The position numbers were made by a program, and so were the translations under genes. A stretch of DNA of 64,000 nt, taken from the IMG/VR virus record IMGVR_UViG_3300047476_000982, positions 96,001-160,000 of that record. The stretch is one strand, 5' to 3'. Of this stretch, positions 30,684 to 41,125 are shown one piece after another. The notes below the pieces were generated by a model. It did no database searches and was not told where the DNA came from. It worked only from the letters and a program-made list of their open reading frames with translations. The stretch is from a virus. Within the stretch, counting starts at the first letter, position 1. Every line of letters begins with the position of its first letter.

Positions 30684-32102
30684 AGGAATTTAAATTTAAT
30701 CAATTTTAGGATATCTTTGAAACTAAACTCTTCAGTCTGAGGAATTAGTTTGGTAAAGTCATAGTGTTCATTTAAAGAATGCTTCCTAGCTTTCTCTTTA
30801 GTAAGATCATGCGCACTTCCAAAATTAAATTCTTTTAACCATTCATTATACTCTAAAGAATTCTTAGGTAGAATTGTTTTCTGTACTCTTAATTTATTCA
30901 TAGTATTATTTTTTATACCCAAATGTTCTTGACATATCATGTCCGCGTAGATGATAATTAACTTCAACTACTGACTCTAAAAATATTTCTGTAATTTGGC
31001 CAGTCAATCTATCTTCAATCATAGCATGTCCTGTACCATAACGATGATCAAGGTCTATTGTATTAAAATATTCTTCGGCCTCTTCATAAGTATCAAATAC
31101 TTCTGTTGTGGTATCTTCATCAGTATACCCGTCTATAAGTTCTGAATTATGATCTCCGAACTCATCAATAATTGTAATATAAGGACTTACTGTTACGAAG
31201 AACTTATTAGGAAGTTGTCCGTCTCCAATAATCTCTGATGCAAATGCTTTAATTTCTTTCTGGGTCATAACCTTAATTTAAGTGGATTGTTTGAATATCT
31301 TTTGGGAAATGCGGATAAGTAACGATTGGAATTGTTAACGTCATAACTATTTATTTAATGAATAAAATTGGAATTGAAGGATCTTTTGGAGCTCCATACT
31401 TTTTGTCAAACTCTTCACGTGGAATGTATTCGATCTCATTATCGTCTATCCACAATACTTCTACGAAATAATCATTTACGCTTAATACTTTCATACAACT
31501 TTATTTTTAGTCAATGTTTACTGGAATACTTACTTTAGTAATATCTCTGCCTTCGATCTTTACAGATCTCTTATTTCCTTCTAGAATATTCTTTATAGGA
31601 ATAACTCTAATGAATTCGGCATTGATCTCTTTAACTTGTCCAGTTATATCATACCAACCTTGAGAACCGCTTCCAGCTCCGTAGTCGTAGTAGATGTTAA
31701 ATGTATAAGTTTTTCCTTTTTTGATTTTTGATAAATTGATTTTCATAATCTGTTATTTTATAAGTTTTGAGAATAAAATGCAGTGTGAGCCATGTCTTCA
31801 TAGCTAGGCATATCGCTGTCGCTTTCTAATGCTGCACCTCCGTGCCATTTAGTCATGTATTCATTCCAAGCCATACGACCTTCGTCGTATGCTTGTTCAT
31901 CTTTTTTCATGTTTATTGGACTAGCAAATATGAAATTATCTTTGTCAATAACAAAATTAACTTGACAGTCTGGAAACATTTCGCTGAAAGCTTTATGATT
32001 GGCCTCAGCAGTTGCATAATCGCCTTGAACAGTTATTGTACTGTCAATGACTGTCTCTTTAGTAATGTAGTTAAAAACGAAGATCTTGATATCCATATTC
32101 AT
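30680..32102 (-). other. run of hypothetical ORFs (30680-, 30906-31268, 31507-31746, 31758-32102)
   Basis: ORF track. Confidence 0.65.
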
Positions 32103-32254
32103 TATTGATTTGATACATAGTAAAATTACGACATATTTTTGACATAAAAAAATCTTTTTAGTCTTTTTTTAAAAATTGTCGATTGGAAATCAATCAGTTA
32201 TGCAAGTGATTGAAAATCAATAAGTTATAAAGTATTGGAAATCAATAGGTTATA
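32100..32254 (-). promoter_or_regulatory. promoter cassette copy 5
   Basis: Repeats at 32183-32202, 32210-32229 and 32235-32254 plus the conserved core. Confidence 0.85.
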
Positions 32255-32282
32255 TATATAAAGAAACTATATATATAAGTGG

Positions 32283-33035
32283 TTAGGTTCTGATGTCTAT
32301 AAATTCTGATCCGTCATCTTGATCCTTGTAGTCTATAAGGTCTTGGTCTTTGAACAATATATCTCCATCTCCTTCTAGTCCAAGCTTTTTCAAATGTTCA
32401 TAGTAAAAGTCATCAAGCTGATATAATTCTTGTACTTCTTCTTTTACTTCAGGACTATCTATAGGAACAGACTCTACTCTTTGTATCATCTTATTTGAGA
32501 ACGGATCTCCCACATAAAGGAAATGACAATTGTAACAAAGCCATTGTAAATTTTCAAGTCTCCAATCACTCTTCTTTCCGTTTTTAAAACTAAGTAATAG
32601 TGGAGCTTTCATATCTGTCAATCTTTTCTCTGAGAACTTACACGATGAACATTGGTATCCAAGTCTACCATCTTTCATTAAAGCTTCTTTGAGCTTTGCT
32701 ATTCTCTTTGAATTAATAGGTTGGCTCTCTTTAAGCATTTCATCTAAGTCAACTTTCCACTTTGAACCCGCAAGATTTTTAGGTACACCTTTACCAGGAA
32801 TATTTTTATGTAATTCAAATAAACTCTTTCCTGTTTCTTGATCAATATAAGACTTAGCATATTTCTTATATGTTATGTCTGTAATACCAAGCCATCTAGC
32901 AGCTTCTTTATTACTACGACTATTTGCCATAGCTTCTCTAAGTTGCTCTTCTGTTAATTGAAGCCCTTTATTCCACCACGTATCTGGTCTGGCTTCTCTA
33001 GACATATTTTCTTTCGTAAAGAAACCTTTAGGCAT
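32283..33035 (-). CDS. HTH + HNH-like zinc-finger protein
   Basis: SNKEAARWLGITDITYKKYAK (HTH); CSSC ... DWRLENLQWLCYNCH (HNH C-terminal half; the catalytic His looks absent). Confidence 0.65.
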   Translation of the reverse strand: MPKGFFTKENMSREARPDTWWNKGLQLTEEQLREAMANSRSNKEAARWLGITDITYKKYAKSYIDQETGKSLFELHKNIPGKGVPKNLAGSKWKVDLDEMLKESQPINSKRIAKLKEALMKDGRLGYQCSSCKFSEKRLTDMKAPLLLSFKNGKKSDWRLENLQWLCYNCHFLYVGDPFSNKMIQRVESVPIDSPEVKEEVQELYQLDDFYYEHLKKLGLEGDGDILFKDQDLIDYKDQDDGSEFIDIRT

Positions 33036-34113
33036 CTAATTTAGGATTTAGTTTACACATTAAATGCCAAAGATCATATGGGTTTTCAAGTATGAGTTCG
33101 TCTTTGTCATTAATTATTATTGGATTCAATGTGCCGTCGCTATTAACTCTTTCGTATAAATAGAAACTAATTACTTCTGTGCATTGTTTACCAAAGTGCA
33201 TATAGATAAGAGCATCTATAACAGTAAAGAACTTCTCATCATAATCTGCAAAGTCTAGACTTAGGTCTGCGTACATAATGTTTTGTCTAACATTTAATTC
33301 ATCTAGGCTATTCATCATGTTAAAAAACAACTCTCTCTTCTTATCAACCTCAGTCTTTTTCTTTCTTCTTATTACAGTCTTTGTTCCAATTATAGAGTCT
33401 ACTCCTAATTGAATTTGTTTAAAATCATTCTCCACTGTCTTTAGTTTTAGTTGTAAATTTTCTTGTCTTATTCTTTCCTTGAAGAGATTGAATTATATTC
33501 TTAATGTGTGTACACATTTCATAGTTCTCTTCTTCAATATACCATAACAAGCACGTCTCTAAAGCCTGAACCCAATGGTTTTTATGGATCTCTATATAGC
33601 TATTTGTTTCATTTATCTCAAAAATACAAGCGTATAATTTCTTATTAACTATAGCATACTCTATAGAATTAGGTACATGGATCTTTAATAAAGATTTAAG
33701 TATTTCAGATTGTGAAACGTCTTCTGCTGTAAGATGTTCTGGATTGTCAAATAAAGCTCTAACAACTCTTCTTTTTACCATAACTAATTAATTTTATTTT
33801 AAGCTCCGCCTTTCATGGCTTTAATTAATAGCATTGCCACAGAATTTAATGGCACAATAAAGCCGATAACGTTTTTATATGGATTACGATCATCATAGTC
33901 GACCATAACACCAGAAGCTCCAAGCTTCTTTTGTAGGGCAACACTAATTTCATTGGCAAGCATTTGTTTATCTCTAGGATCTTCAAGTTCTTGTTCTAAT
34001 ACGAACTGCATTTTAACTCCAAGCTTAGTTGGATTATCGTTAACATCAAACCTAAGTTTGTATTTCTTTCCTGCTACTGTTATATCGAATAATGGATTAG
34101 CTGCCTTTGCCAT
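33028..34113 (-). other. three hypothetical ORFs (33028-33435, 33425-33781, 33799-34113)
   Basis: ORF track; third start trimmed to MAKAANPLF. Confidence 0.65.
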
Positions 34114-34132
34114 TGTTTTTATATAAATATGT

Positions 34133-34903
34133 TTAGATTTTAAATAATTTTGAATTATTGATAGGATTATGATATGCATAAGTACCCCACTTATATTTAA
34201 AATATTCATGGCAACTCTGTTCCTTTTGAGTATTTTCAAGTACTTTCTGTTCAGATCTAGTTCCTATGGAAACAAAATGGTAGAAATGAGATTTATATGA
34301 TCTAATCATTTTCATACCTGACATTTCACATTTCATAAAAAATTCCCAATCTACTACCCAAGGACCCGGATAAGATTCGTCCCATCCTCCCACTCTTAAA
34401 TAGTCTTTTTTAGATATTAATATAGGTAAAGTAGACCCTGATTCTTCTATCTTATTCTTACTTATTTCTTTTTCTTTATTAAAGAAATTATTTAAATCAA
34501 AAGTTAATGGATCCCTTCCTAAATTTTCTATATGAAACTGTCTGAACATACTTTGTATGGGTTCTATTTGATTAGGAGATACCACAAAATTAGGTTGATA
34601 AGAAGATTCTAAATTTATATCCCAGTTTTTAGGAAATACATTATCATCATTAACTATTAAAACTAAATCATTTGTAGCATTATATACTCCCATATTAGTG
34701 GCTCTACAAAGACCATAGTTACTTTCTAAATCTAAAACAGAGATATTGTTTTTATGTTTATCTAAAACTTTTTTATTTAGATCATAAAATCCATCAACAA
34801 TAACTATTATTTCATTTTTATTGACTTGTCCTAATATTGCAGATGTTAAACATAAATCTAATACATCAGGTTCTTTATATGTCGGTATTATTACAGATAT
34901 CAT
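34133..34903 (-). CDS. GT2-family glycosyltransferase
   Basis: MISVIIPTY, IVDG, NYGLCRATNMG, LIVNDD, VGGWDE. Confidence 0.9.
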   Translation of the reverse strand: MISVIIPTYKEPDVLDLCLTSAILGQVNKNEIIVIVDGFYDLNKKVLDKHKNNISVLDLESNYGLCRATNMGVYNATNDLVLIVNDDNVFPKNWDINLESSYQPNFVVSPNQIEPIQSMFRQFHIENLGRDPLTFDLNNFFNKEKEISKNKIEESGSTLPILISKKDYLRVGGWDESYPGPWVVDWEFFMKCEMSGMKMIRSYKSHFYHFVSIGTRSEQKVLENTQKEQSCHEYFKYKWGTYAYHNPINNSKLFKI

Positions 34904-35579
34904 TCCAATTAATTAAAGGTGTTAACCAATTTGTTTCACCATGGGTTGAGTATCCAGGTATTGGAGTTACTAAACTTTTTTGTTTACTCGCTAATTCTAA
35001 AAACATTTGGAAATCTTGAGGATAAGATCCCCCTGTCCATTTTCTAAGTATAGATTCATCTTCTTTTAAAGTTTTAACTTTAGAAGCAAAAGTCATTGTT
35101 GTAGAATTAGTTATTTTCCAGTGACATGAATTAGAAAGCATGACTCTAGTTATTTCACCTCCTGATTCTACTAGAGGATTAGCTCCATCTATGTATTTAT
35201 CTGGATGGTCGTATAGAGAAACGTAATCTGATCCTATGCCAAATCCTTCTAATAGCACCTTATCAGCATCTTTTTTATGAAGATAATCATTTTCTATAAA
35301 ATATACTACTTCATTGTCATTAAAAGAAAGTGCTTTATCTAAAGCTAAATTAAAAGTACCTGCTCCATGTCCTATAGAAACTTTTATAATACAATTTTCT
35401 GGGATATACTTTAGTATCATTGAATACGTTTCATCTGAAACATTGTCAGCTATTACATGCCATGAGTGATTAATTGTTTTAAATATACTTGAGCAATTTT
35501 TTAAACAATTTTCATTGTTTATATAATTAGGTTTTACTTTATTATATCCTGTATCAGATATTCTATAAATTATATTCAT
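34875..35579 (-). CDS. GT-A-like glycosyltransferase
   Basis: VIADN, VYFIENDYLH. Confidence 0.65.
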   Translation of the reverse strand: MNIIYRISDTGYNKVKPNYINNENCLKNCSSIFKTINHSWHVIADNVSDETYSMILKYIPENCIIKVSIGHGAGTFNLALDKALSFNDNEVVYFIENDYLHKKDADKVLLEGFGIGSDYVSLYDHPDKYIDGANPLVESGGEITRVMLSNSCHWKITNSTTMTFASKVKTLKEDESILRKWTGGSYPQDFQMFLELASKQKSLVTPIPGYSTHGETNWLTPLINWNDICNNTDI

Positions 35580-36430
35580 ATTTTAAAATAATTAAATATT
35601 TTATCAAAGGCAAGTTTTGTTTCTTCTATTTGATTTTTTTCTAAATTAAATAAATATTCTTTTAGTTTATGATTTGTTTCATTTGCGTACTTTAAATCAT
35701 CTAAACCATAAGCTACTCCATATTTAAATGCAGGTTGTTTTTCTAATAAGTCAGATTTTTTTAGATTTTTATATGGAACAACTATACTTTCACATCCACA
35801 TAAAGAAGCTAATATATTAAGATATGTTTCTGTATCGTAACTATAAAATCTTTTACATCTATTGAATATATCAAGTAAGTATTCATCAGATACATTATAT
35901 GGAATTTCTATACTATCTATAGGATGTATTATATTTAAATTTTGTTTATCTTCACTTTTTTTTCTAAAAGTAAAACAAGATTCTATATCTCTGTCTTTAT
36001 TTAAATTTATAAAATAATCTATTTTTGTATGTAAAATATGTAGGAAGTTTGGTTCTTTTATTTTGTCATAAAACAAATCATGGAAGTACAACCAATAATC
36101 CTCAGATCCCCATGTTGCCATTGTATTTCCATGTTCTGGTAAATGGAACTTATTTAATATATACCTTATTACATTTTTAGATTGAAAAGGATTTCCACTT
36201 TCAATTTCAGGATAAATGACTATGTCATTGTTTATATCAATTTCTGAGGCTATCTTGGTATTAAAATCAGGATTTAATACAAAATATTCAGTCTGACCGT
36301 TTAATTTTATTGTTGTAGTTAATGATGCATCATAATTTAATTCATTTAAAATATGACATAACTTATGTAAAACAACCGCGCCTCCTATTGATGGATTATA
36401 AGAAGGAGCACATATTATAATTTGGGGCAT
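35576..36430 (-). CDS. glycosyltransferase-like (GT-B-like) protein
   Basis: GGAVVLHKLC, VIYPE, FYSYD...EA-like SLCGC; lies within the glycan cluster. Confidence 0.55.
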   Translation of the reverse strand: MPQIIICAPSYNPSIGGAVVLHKLCHILNELNYDASLTTTIKLNGQTEYFVLNPDFNTKIASEIDINNDIVIYPEIESGNPFQSKNVIRYILNKFHLPEHGNTMATWGSEDYWLYFHDLFYDKIKEPNFLHILHTKIDYFINLNKDRDIESCFTFRKKSEDKQNLNIIHPIDSIEIPYNVSDEYLLDIFNRCKRFYSYDTETYLNILASLCGCESIVVPYKNLKKSDLLEKQPAFKYGVAYGLDDLKYANETNHKLKEYLFNLEKNQIEETKLAFDKIFNYFKI

Positions 36431-37215
36431 TAATCTTGATCTTTTTTATAAAATCTATTTTCAGAAGGCTGATACCATTCATCTAAAGATGCAGGAACTC
36501 TTGAATGATATCCTAACAATTGTTGCATTTCATTTGAGAATTCATTAATTTTATCGTATCCTATTGCTCTTGGATAGTCTAACAATTGTTTCATAAAAGA
36601 CTTACTTAATGTAATAGGAACAGCTCTTCTATCTTTATCTGTTTTATTTGGTGCTGATGCATGCCAAACATTAGCATCAAAAATTAAAATGTCTCCTCTA
36701 TTTCCTATAGCTTGAATAGCAGAATTAAAAAATTCTTCATCAGAAGGTTTTGCTTCATTTAAATGAGATCCTGGTAGTAGATAGGTTCCTCCATTATCTA
36801 AAGTAAACTCATCTACCATTATCAAACAATTTATCATAATAGGTAAATTTCCAGAATAGAATCTTAAGTCTCTATGCACTTTAGATGAAAAATTAGGTTT
36901 GTTTGGTATATTATTAAGAGCGCTTAAAGAATTTAAAATACATTTACTATTAAAATAATTTTGTTGTAAATTAGTAATGAATCCTTGCAATTGTAAAAAT
37001 TCAAGTAGTTCTATAAAAACATTATCACTTAATAATGCATGTAGTGCAACACCATCTGTAATTACATCACTATTATTTTTTATCTGTATTTTTTTATGCT
37101 CTATAAATGTTTTGTCTATAGAATCTGATATTCTATTTAATAAATCATTTGGAACTATATTTTTTAATACTACATAACCTTCTTTCTTTAACTTTTCTAT
37201 TTCTTTAATATCCAT
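36430..37215 (-). CDS. PhyH-family 2OG-Fe(II) dioxygenase
   Basis: GYVVL, VHRD, DNGGT, PGSH, GDILIFD..WH..N..R. Confidence 0.9.
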   Translation of the reverse strand: MDIKEIEKLKKEGYVVLKNIVPNDLLNRISDSIDKTFIEHKKIQIKNNSDVITDGVALHALLSDNVFIELLEFLQLQGFITNLQQNYFNSKCILNSLSALNNIPNKPNFSSKVHRDLRFYSGNLPIMINCLIMVDEFTLDNGGTYLLPGSHLNEAKPSDEEFFNSAIQAIGNRGDILIFDANVWHASAPNKTDKDRRAVPITLSKSFMKQLLDYPRAIGYDKINEFSNEMQQLLGYHSRVPASLDEWYQPSENRFYKKDQD

Positions 37216-37221
37216 ATTTTA

Positions 37222-37887
37222 TTATTTTAAAAATCTTTCTCCTTCATTTCTAGTTCTAATAATTTTTGCCGGATTTCCATAAGCTAAAACATTACTAGGT
37301 AAAGATTTAGTAACTAGACTACCTGATCCAACTACCGTATTTTCTCCTATTTCTAATCTATCAATTATTGTAACACCTAAAGTTACCGCAGAAAATTTAC
37401 CCAACTTAACAAACCCTCCAGTTATTGATCCTGCCGATATGCTTGAGAACTCTTCTATAATACAATCGTGTTCTACTTGTGCACCTGTTGCAAAAAAAGT
37501 AAAATCTCCTATAAAAGATTTAGGATTAAAAATACATCCAGCCATAGCAACAACTCCTATTCCTAATTTAACATTATTGCCTATAATAACAGAAGGATGA
37601 ATAGCATTAAAAAATTGAAATTCAGGAACTATTTCTTTTACTTGTGAATAAACATAATATCTACTCCAATTATCTCCTATAGAAATAACTCCTCCATCTA
37701 TAGAATATTTTTCAATTAATTCTTTTATATTTTCTTGTCTGCCTAATACAGGATATCCAAATCTAATACTACCAATCTCTTGAATTGAATCTATTATGCC
37801 TACTATATTATATTTATTTTCTTTTTCAATAATATCTATAGTATAATGAGCTTGATTTCCTCCACCTAATAAAACTATATTTTTCAT
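37222..37887 (-). CDS. NeuD/PglD-family sugar acetyltransferase
   Basis: GGGNQA, IGDNWSR, hexapeptide repeats, VEHDC, AYGNPAKII. Confidence 0.92.
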   Translation of the reverse strand: MKNIVLLGGGNQAHYTIDIIEKENKYNIVGIIDSIQEIGSIRFGYPVLGRQENIKELIEKYSIDGGVISIGDNWSRYYVYSQVKEIVPEFQFFNAIHPSVIIGNNVKLGIGVVAMAGCIFNPKSFIGDFTFFATGAQVEHDCIIEEFSSISAGSITGGFVKLGKFSAVTLGVTIIDRLEIGENTVVGSGSLVTKSLPSNVLAYGNPAKIIRTRNEGERFLK

Positions 37888-38513
37888 TTTTTATATATTT
37901 CAAATTTAGATAAGTCTGGATAAGGTAACTCTAGATCTTCATTTTTTTTCTTAGATCCATCTGTATTATAAAACTGATTCATTAACAATAATCCTCTAGC
38001 AGCTAATTCTGGCATCATATAAAAATTCCACCCTAACATATCAAAATGATCATCATGATAAGAACACTCTCTTCTTCCGCTATACCTAGCTCTTTTAAAC
38101 CATAAGTAAGCTTCATGATCATCTGTTAAAATTGCACCACCTTTACTTAGTTTAAAATGTTTATAAGGACCTGTAAAAGATATACACATATGAGTATTAG
38201 GTTTATACATATCACCTGAGAAGCTGAGAGCTGAATCCCATACTTTTGTCGGTTCTAATTGATAAGCCCCTTTTAAAGTTTTTCCATTAATTTTTTTAAA
38301 TTTTACTTTTGCTCCTGCATGAATAATTTCACAAGGTACTGATGGGTAAGTTCTATTTGGTATTGTAATTTCTAAATCTTTGACACCTTCATACATTAAA
38401 GATAAAAATAGTGCATTAGATTGATTATCTACAGTAACAACATACGGAGCGCCGGTATATTCTGATAATGCTTTTTCAAACTCTTCAGTTATTTTGTAAA
38501 TTCCATTCGCCAT
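37884..38513 (-). CDS. short DegT/DnrJ/EryC1/StrS aminotransferase (209 aa)
   Basis: FEKAL..Y.GA, TYPSV, DSA, SF...K...GGAI, GWNFYM; C-terminal domain missing. Confidence 0.8.
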   Translation of the reverse strand: MANGIYKITEEFEKALSEYTGAPYVVTVDNQSNALFLSLMYEGVKDLEITIPNRTYPSVPCEIIHAGAKVKFKKINGKTLKGAYQLEPTKVWDSALSFSGDMYKPNTHMCISFTGPYKHFKLSKGGAILTDDHEAYLWFKRARYSGRRECSYHDDHFDMLGWNFYMMPELAARGLLLMNQFYNTDGSKKKNEDLELPYPDLSKFEIYKK

Positions 38514-38538
38514 ATAATTGTAATTTATAAAAAGTTTT

Positions 38539-39438
38539 TTACAATAAACTATAATTCTTATAAGTAATAGAGTCTAAATAATCAGATCCTAAATTTCCAG
38601 TTGAAGGAGTACATATAACTTTTGAATATCTACAGACTGCATCATTAACTCCGCTTTGATATCCTATATTTACTAACGCCTTTGTTTTAATATAAAGTTG
38701 AATTCTTATAGGAAGATTTAGATCTTTAAAATCTATGTACTTTATATGTTTAAATATAGTTTCTTTTATTGGTTTTGAACCATAATAAAAGTAAGTCAAA
38801 TCAGAAAAACTATTTACTTCTTCTAATAAAATTTTATTAACTTCTTCAGGATAAAATTCTTTTACAGTATTAGTCAATAATAGTGTTCCAAATTTTTTAT
38901 CTTCTGAATATTTTTCTATAATGTTATTTCCTTGAATAATTTCTTCTTGAGAAAAATATAACTCTGGCAAATAGTCTGATATTTCATCTTCTTTAAATTG
39001 CCAAAATTTTAGCATCTGTTTTATCAAAGGTTCTTGAAAGTTTTCTGGATTATATATTCTGTAGTGATCATGGAAAACTTCATCTTCTATACTATCTATA
39101 AAACTATCTATATAAGGATTATTTTTAAATACTAAATTTGCACTTTCAAAAGGATTTTTCCAATGATTCCAATTATTAAATCCTCTAAACATATTTTCTA
39201 TTAACTTAGAAGATGGTATAAAAACTTTACAATCTGGATATTTTAATTTTAGCAATCTTGGAAATGCTGAAATAATTGCCCAGTCTCCTATAGAGTGGCA
39301 AGTTCTATATATTATAAATTTTTTACTATTTAAATATTCATCTGGTATATAAGATGGGTCATGAGTTGGGAATCCTAATAAGTCCGTTTCAAATACTGGG
39401 GTTAAATTATTATTGTATATCCTCCAAAATATTGCCAT
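38539..39438 (-). CDS. GT9 (heptosyltransferase)-like glycosyltransferase
   Basis: HSIGDWAIISAFPRLLKLKYPDCKV ... NNPYID ... SGVND. Confidence 0.65.
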   Translation of the reverse strand: MAIFWRIYNNNLTPVFETDLLGFPTHDPSYIPDEYLNSKKFIIYRTCHSIGDWAIISAFPRLLKLKYPDCKVFIPSSKLIENMFRGFNNWNHWKNPFESANLVFKNNPYIDSFIDSIEDEVFHDHYRIYNPENFQEPLIKQMLKFWQFKEDEISDYLPELYFSQEEIIQGNNIIEKYSEDKKFGTLLLTNTVKEFYPEEVNKILLEEVNSFSDLTYFYYGSKPIKETIFKHIKYIDFKDLNLPIRIQLYIKTKALVNIGYQSGVNDAVCRYSKVICTPSTGNLGSDYLDSITYKNYSLL

Positions 39439-39919
39439 AATATTCTTTTTTTAATATAGACATTACTATAGAATCTATATAATATCCATTTTTATTTACT
39501 TCCTCTCTTTTAATTCCTTCTTGAACAAATCCTAATTTTTTATATAAAGATATAGCAATTTCATTATTTGAAAGAACCTCTAAACTAATTTTATTTAAAT
39601 TATATTCTTTAAATATAAAAGGAATAAACTTTTTATATGATTCTTTACCGTATCCCAATCCTTTAAATTCAGGAGATATATCTGCTCCTATATAAATGTT
39701 ATTATTAGATTTTGAATAATTAGATAATCTAAAGTAACCTATTTTTTTATCTTGATCAAAAATAATCCAAAAGTCAGGATTTGTTTTAGAAAACCATTCA
39801 AATGCTTGATAGTTAGTAAATGTTCTACTATCATGTAAAAATTCTTTAGCATATTGATTTCTAATACTATTTACAAATATTACATCTTGACTAGTAATTT
39901 TTTTGAATTGTAAATTCAT
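39410..39919 (-). CDS. GNAT N-acetyltransferase (PseH-like)
   Basis: GADISPEFKGLGYG, LEVLSNNEIAISLYKKLGF. Confidence 0.88.
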   Translation of the reverse strand: MNLQFKKITSQDVIFVNSIRNQYAKEFLHDSRTFTNYQAFEWFSKTNPDFWIIFDQDKKIGYFRLSNYSKSNNNIYIGADISPEFKGLGYGKESYKKFIPFIFKEYNLNKISLEVLSNNEIAISLYKKLGFVQEGIKREEVNKNGYYIDSIVMSILKKEYYGNILEDIQ

Positions 39920-39920
39920 A

Positions 39921-41111
39921 CTACCAACCTTTTTTAATACAATCTACTATATATTCTCTATCTTCATTACTTACCCACCAACCTACTGGTATTGATACAA
40001 CTTTTCCTATTGTTTTTTCTAGAGTTGGTAAGTTGCATCTATATTCATTTACGCAAGTGTGTTTGTCATTTCTTTCATGTACTTGAGATACTATTATACC
40101 ACACTCTTTCATATGTTTATAAAAACCGTCTCTATTTTCAACTAGCATACTGTATATCCAAAATGCTGAATTGTGGTCAGGATGTCTTTCTAATAAAGTT
40201 AATCCTGGTACATTCTTTAGATTATTATCGTAATGGCTAGCATTACTTCTATGTTTAGATATTATTGAATCAGCATGTTTTAGGTTTTCTATTCCAACAG
40301 TTGCACATACATCATTCATATGAAATTTAAATCCCCATTCTAATATATCTGCTTCGCATCTAAAATCTTTTCTATTTCCTTCTCTGTCTATTCCATACCA
40401 TCTAATCAATTTTGCTCTATTATAAAGTTCTTGATATGGCAGTATTAAAATTCCTCCATCAATAGAAGTTATATGTTTTATTGCTTGCAGAGAATGCATT
40501 ACAATATTTCCATGATTGCCTAATTTTTTACCTTTATACTCAGTTCCAAAAGAGTGGGCACCATCTTCTATGATAGCTGGTTTAAATCCATATAGATTAA
40601 AAGCTTTATTTTGAATTTCTTTTAATCTATCTAAATTAATAGGATATCCTCCCCAATGTACAGCCATTATTATTTTTGTTTTAGGAGTTATTTTTCTTTC
40701 AAGATCATCTAAGTCTATGTTAAGAGTTTTTGGATCTATATCAACCCACTTTATTTTTAGATTATTTGATAGAATCGGCCAATTTGTAGCAGTACATGTA
40801 AGAGAGGTGGTTAATACTTCATCACCGTCTTCTAATCCAGGCCAATTAGATTCTAATACAGAATATCCATCAGCTCCTACTATTGTATTTTTTTTATTTT
40901 TTAATAGATGTATAGCTAAATGTAAACCAGAAGTTCCTGAATTTAAAGTTACCACTCTATCATTATTTATGTAGTCCTTTAAATGATTTTCAAATTCATC
41001 TACTTTTTTACCTTGCCCTATATATCCACTATTCAAAATTGTTTTTACTTCATCTCCAGCAGTTGGGGACATATAAACTTTAAATAGATCTATGTTTTTA
41101 TTTATTTTCAT
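39921..41111 (-). CDS. DegT/DnrJ/EryC1/StrS aminotransferase
   Basis: LNSGTSGLHLA, AVHWGG, IEDGAHS, SLQAIKHITSIDGG. Confidence 0.93.
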   Translation of the reverse strand: MKINKNIDLFKVYMSPTAGDEVKTILNSGYIGQGKKVDEFENHLKDYINNDRVVTLNSGTSGLHLAIHLLKNKKNTIVGADGYSVLESNWPGLEDGDEVLTTSLTCTATNWPILSNNLKIKWVDIDPKTLNIDLDDLERKITPKTKIIMAVHWGGYPINLDRLKEIQNKAFNLYGFKPAIIEDGAHSFGTEYKGKKLGNHGNIVMHSLQAIKHITSIDGGILILPYQELYNRAKLIRWYGIDREGNRKDFRCEADILEWGFKFHMNDVCATVGIENLKHADSIISKHRSNASHYDNNLKNVPGLTLLERHPDHNSAFWIYSMLVENRDGFYKHMKECGIIVSQVHERNDKHTCVNEYRCNLPTLEKTIGKVVSIPVGWWVSNEDREYIVDCIKKGW

Positions 41112-41125
41112 ATTTGGTTATTTTA

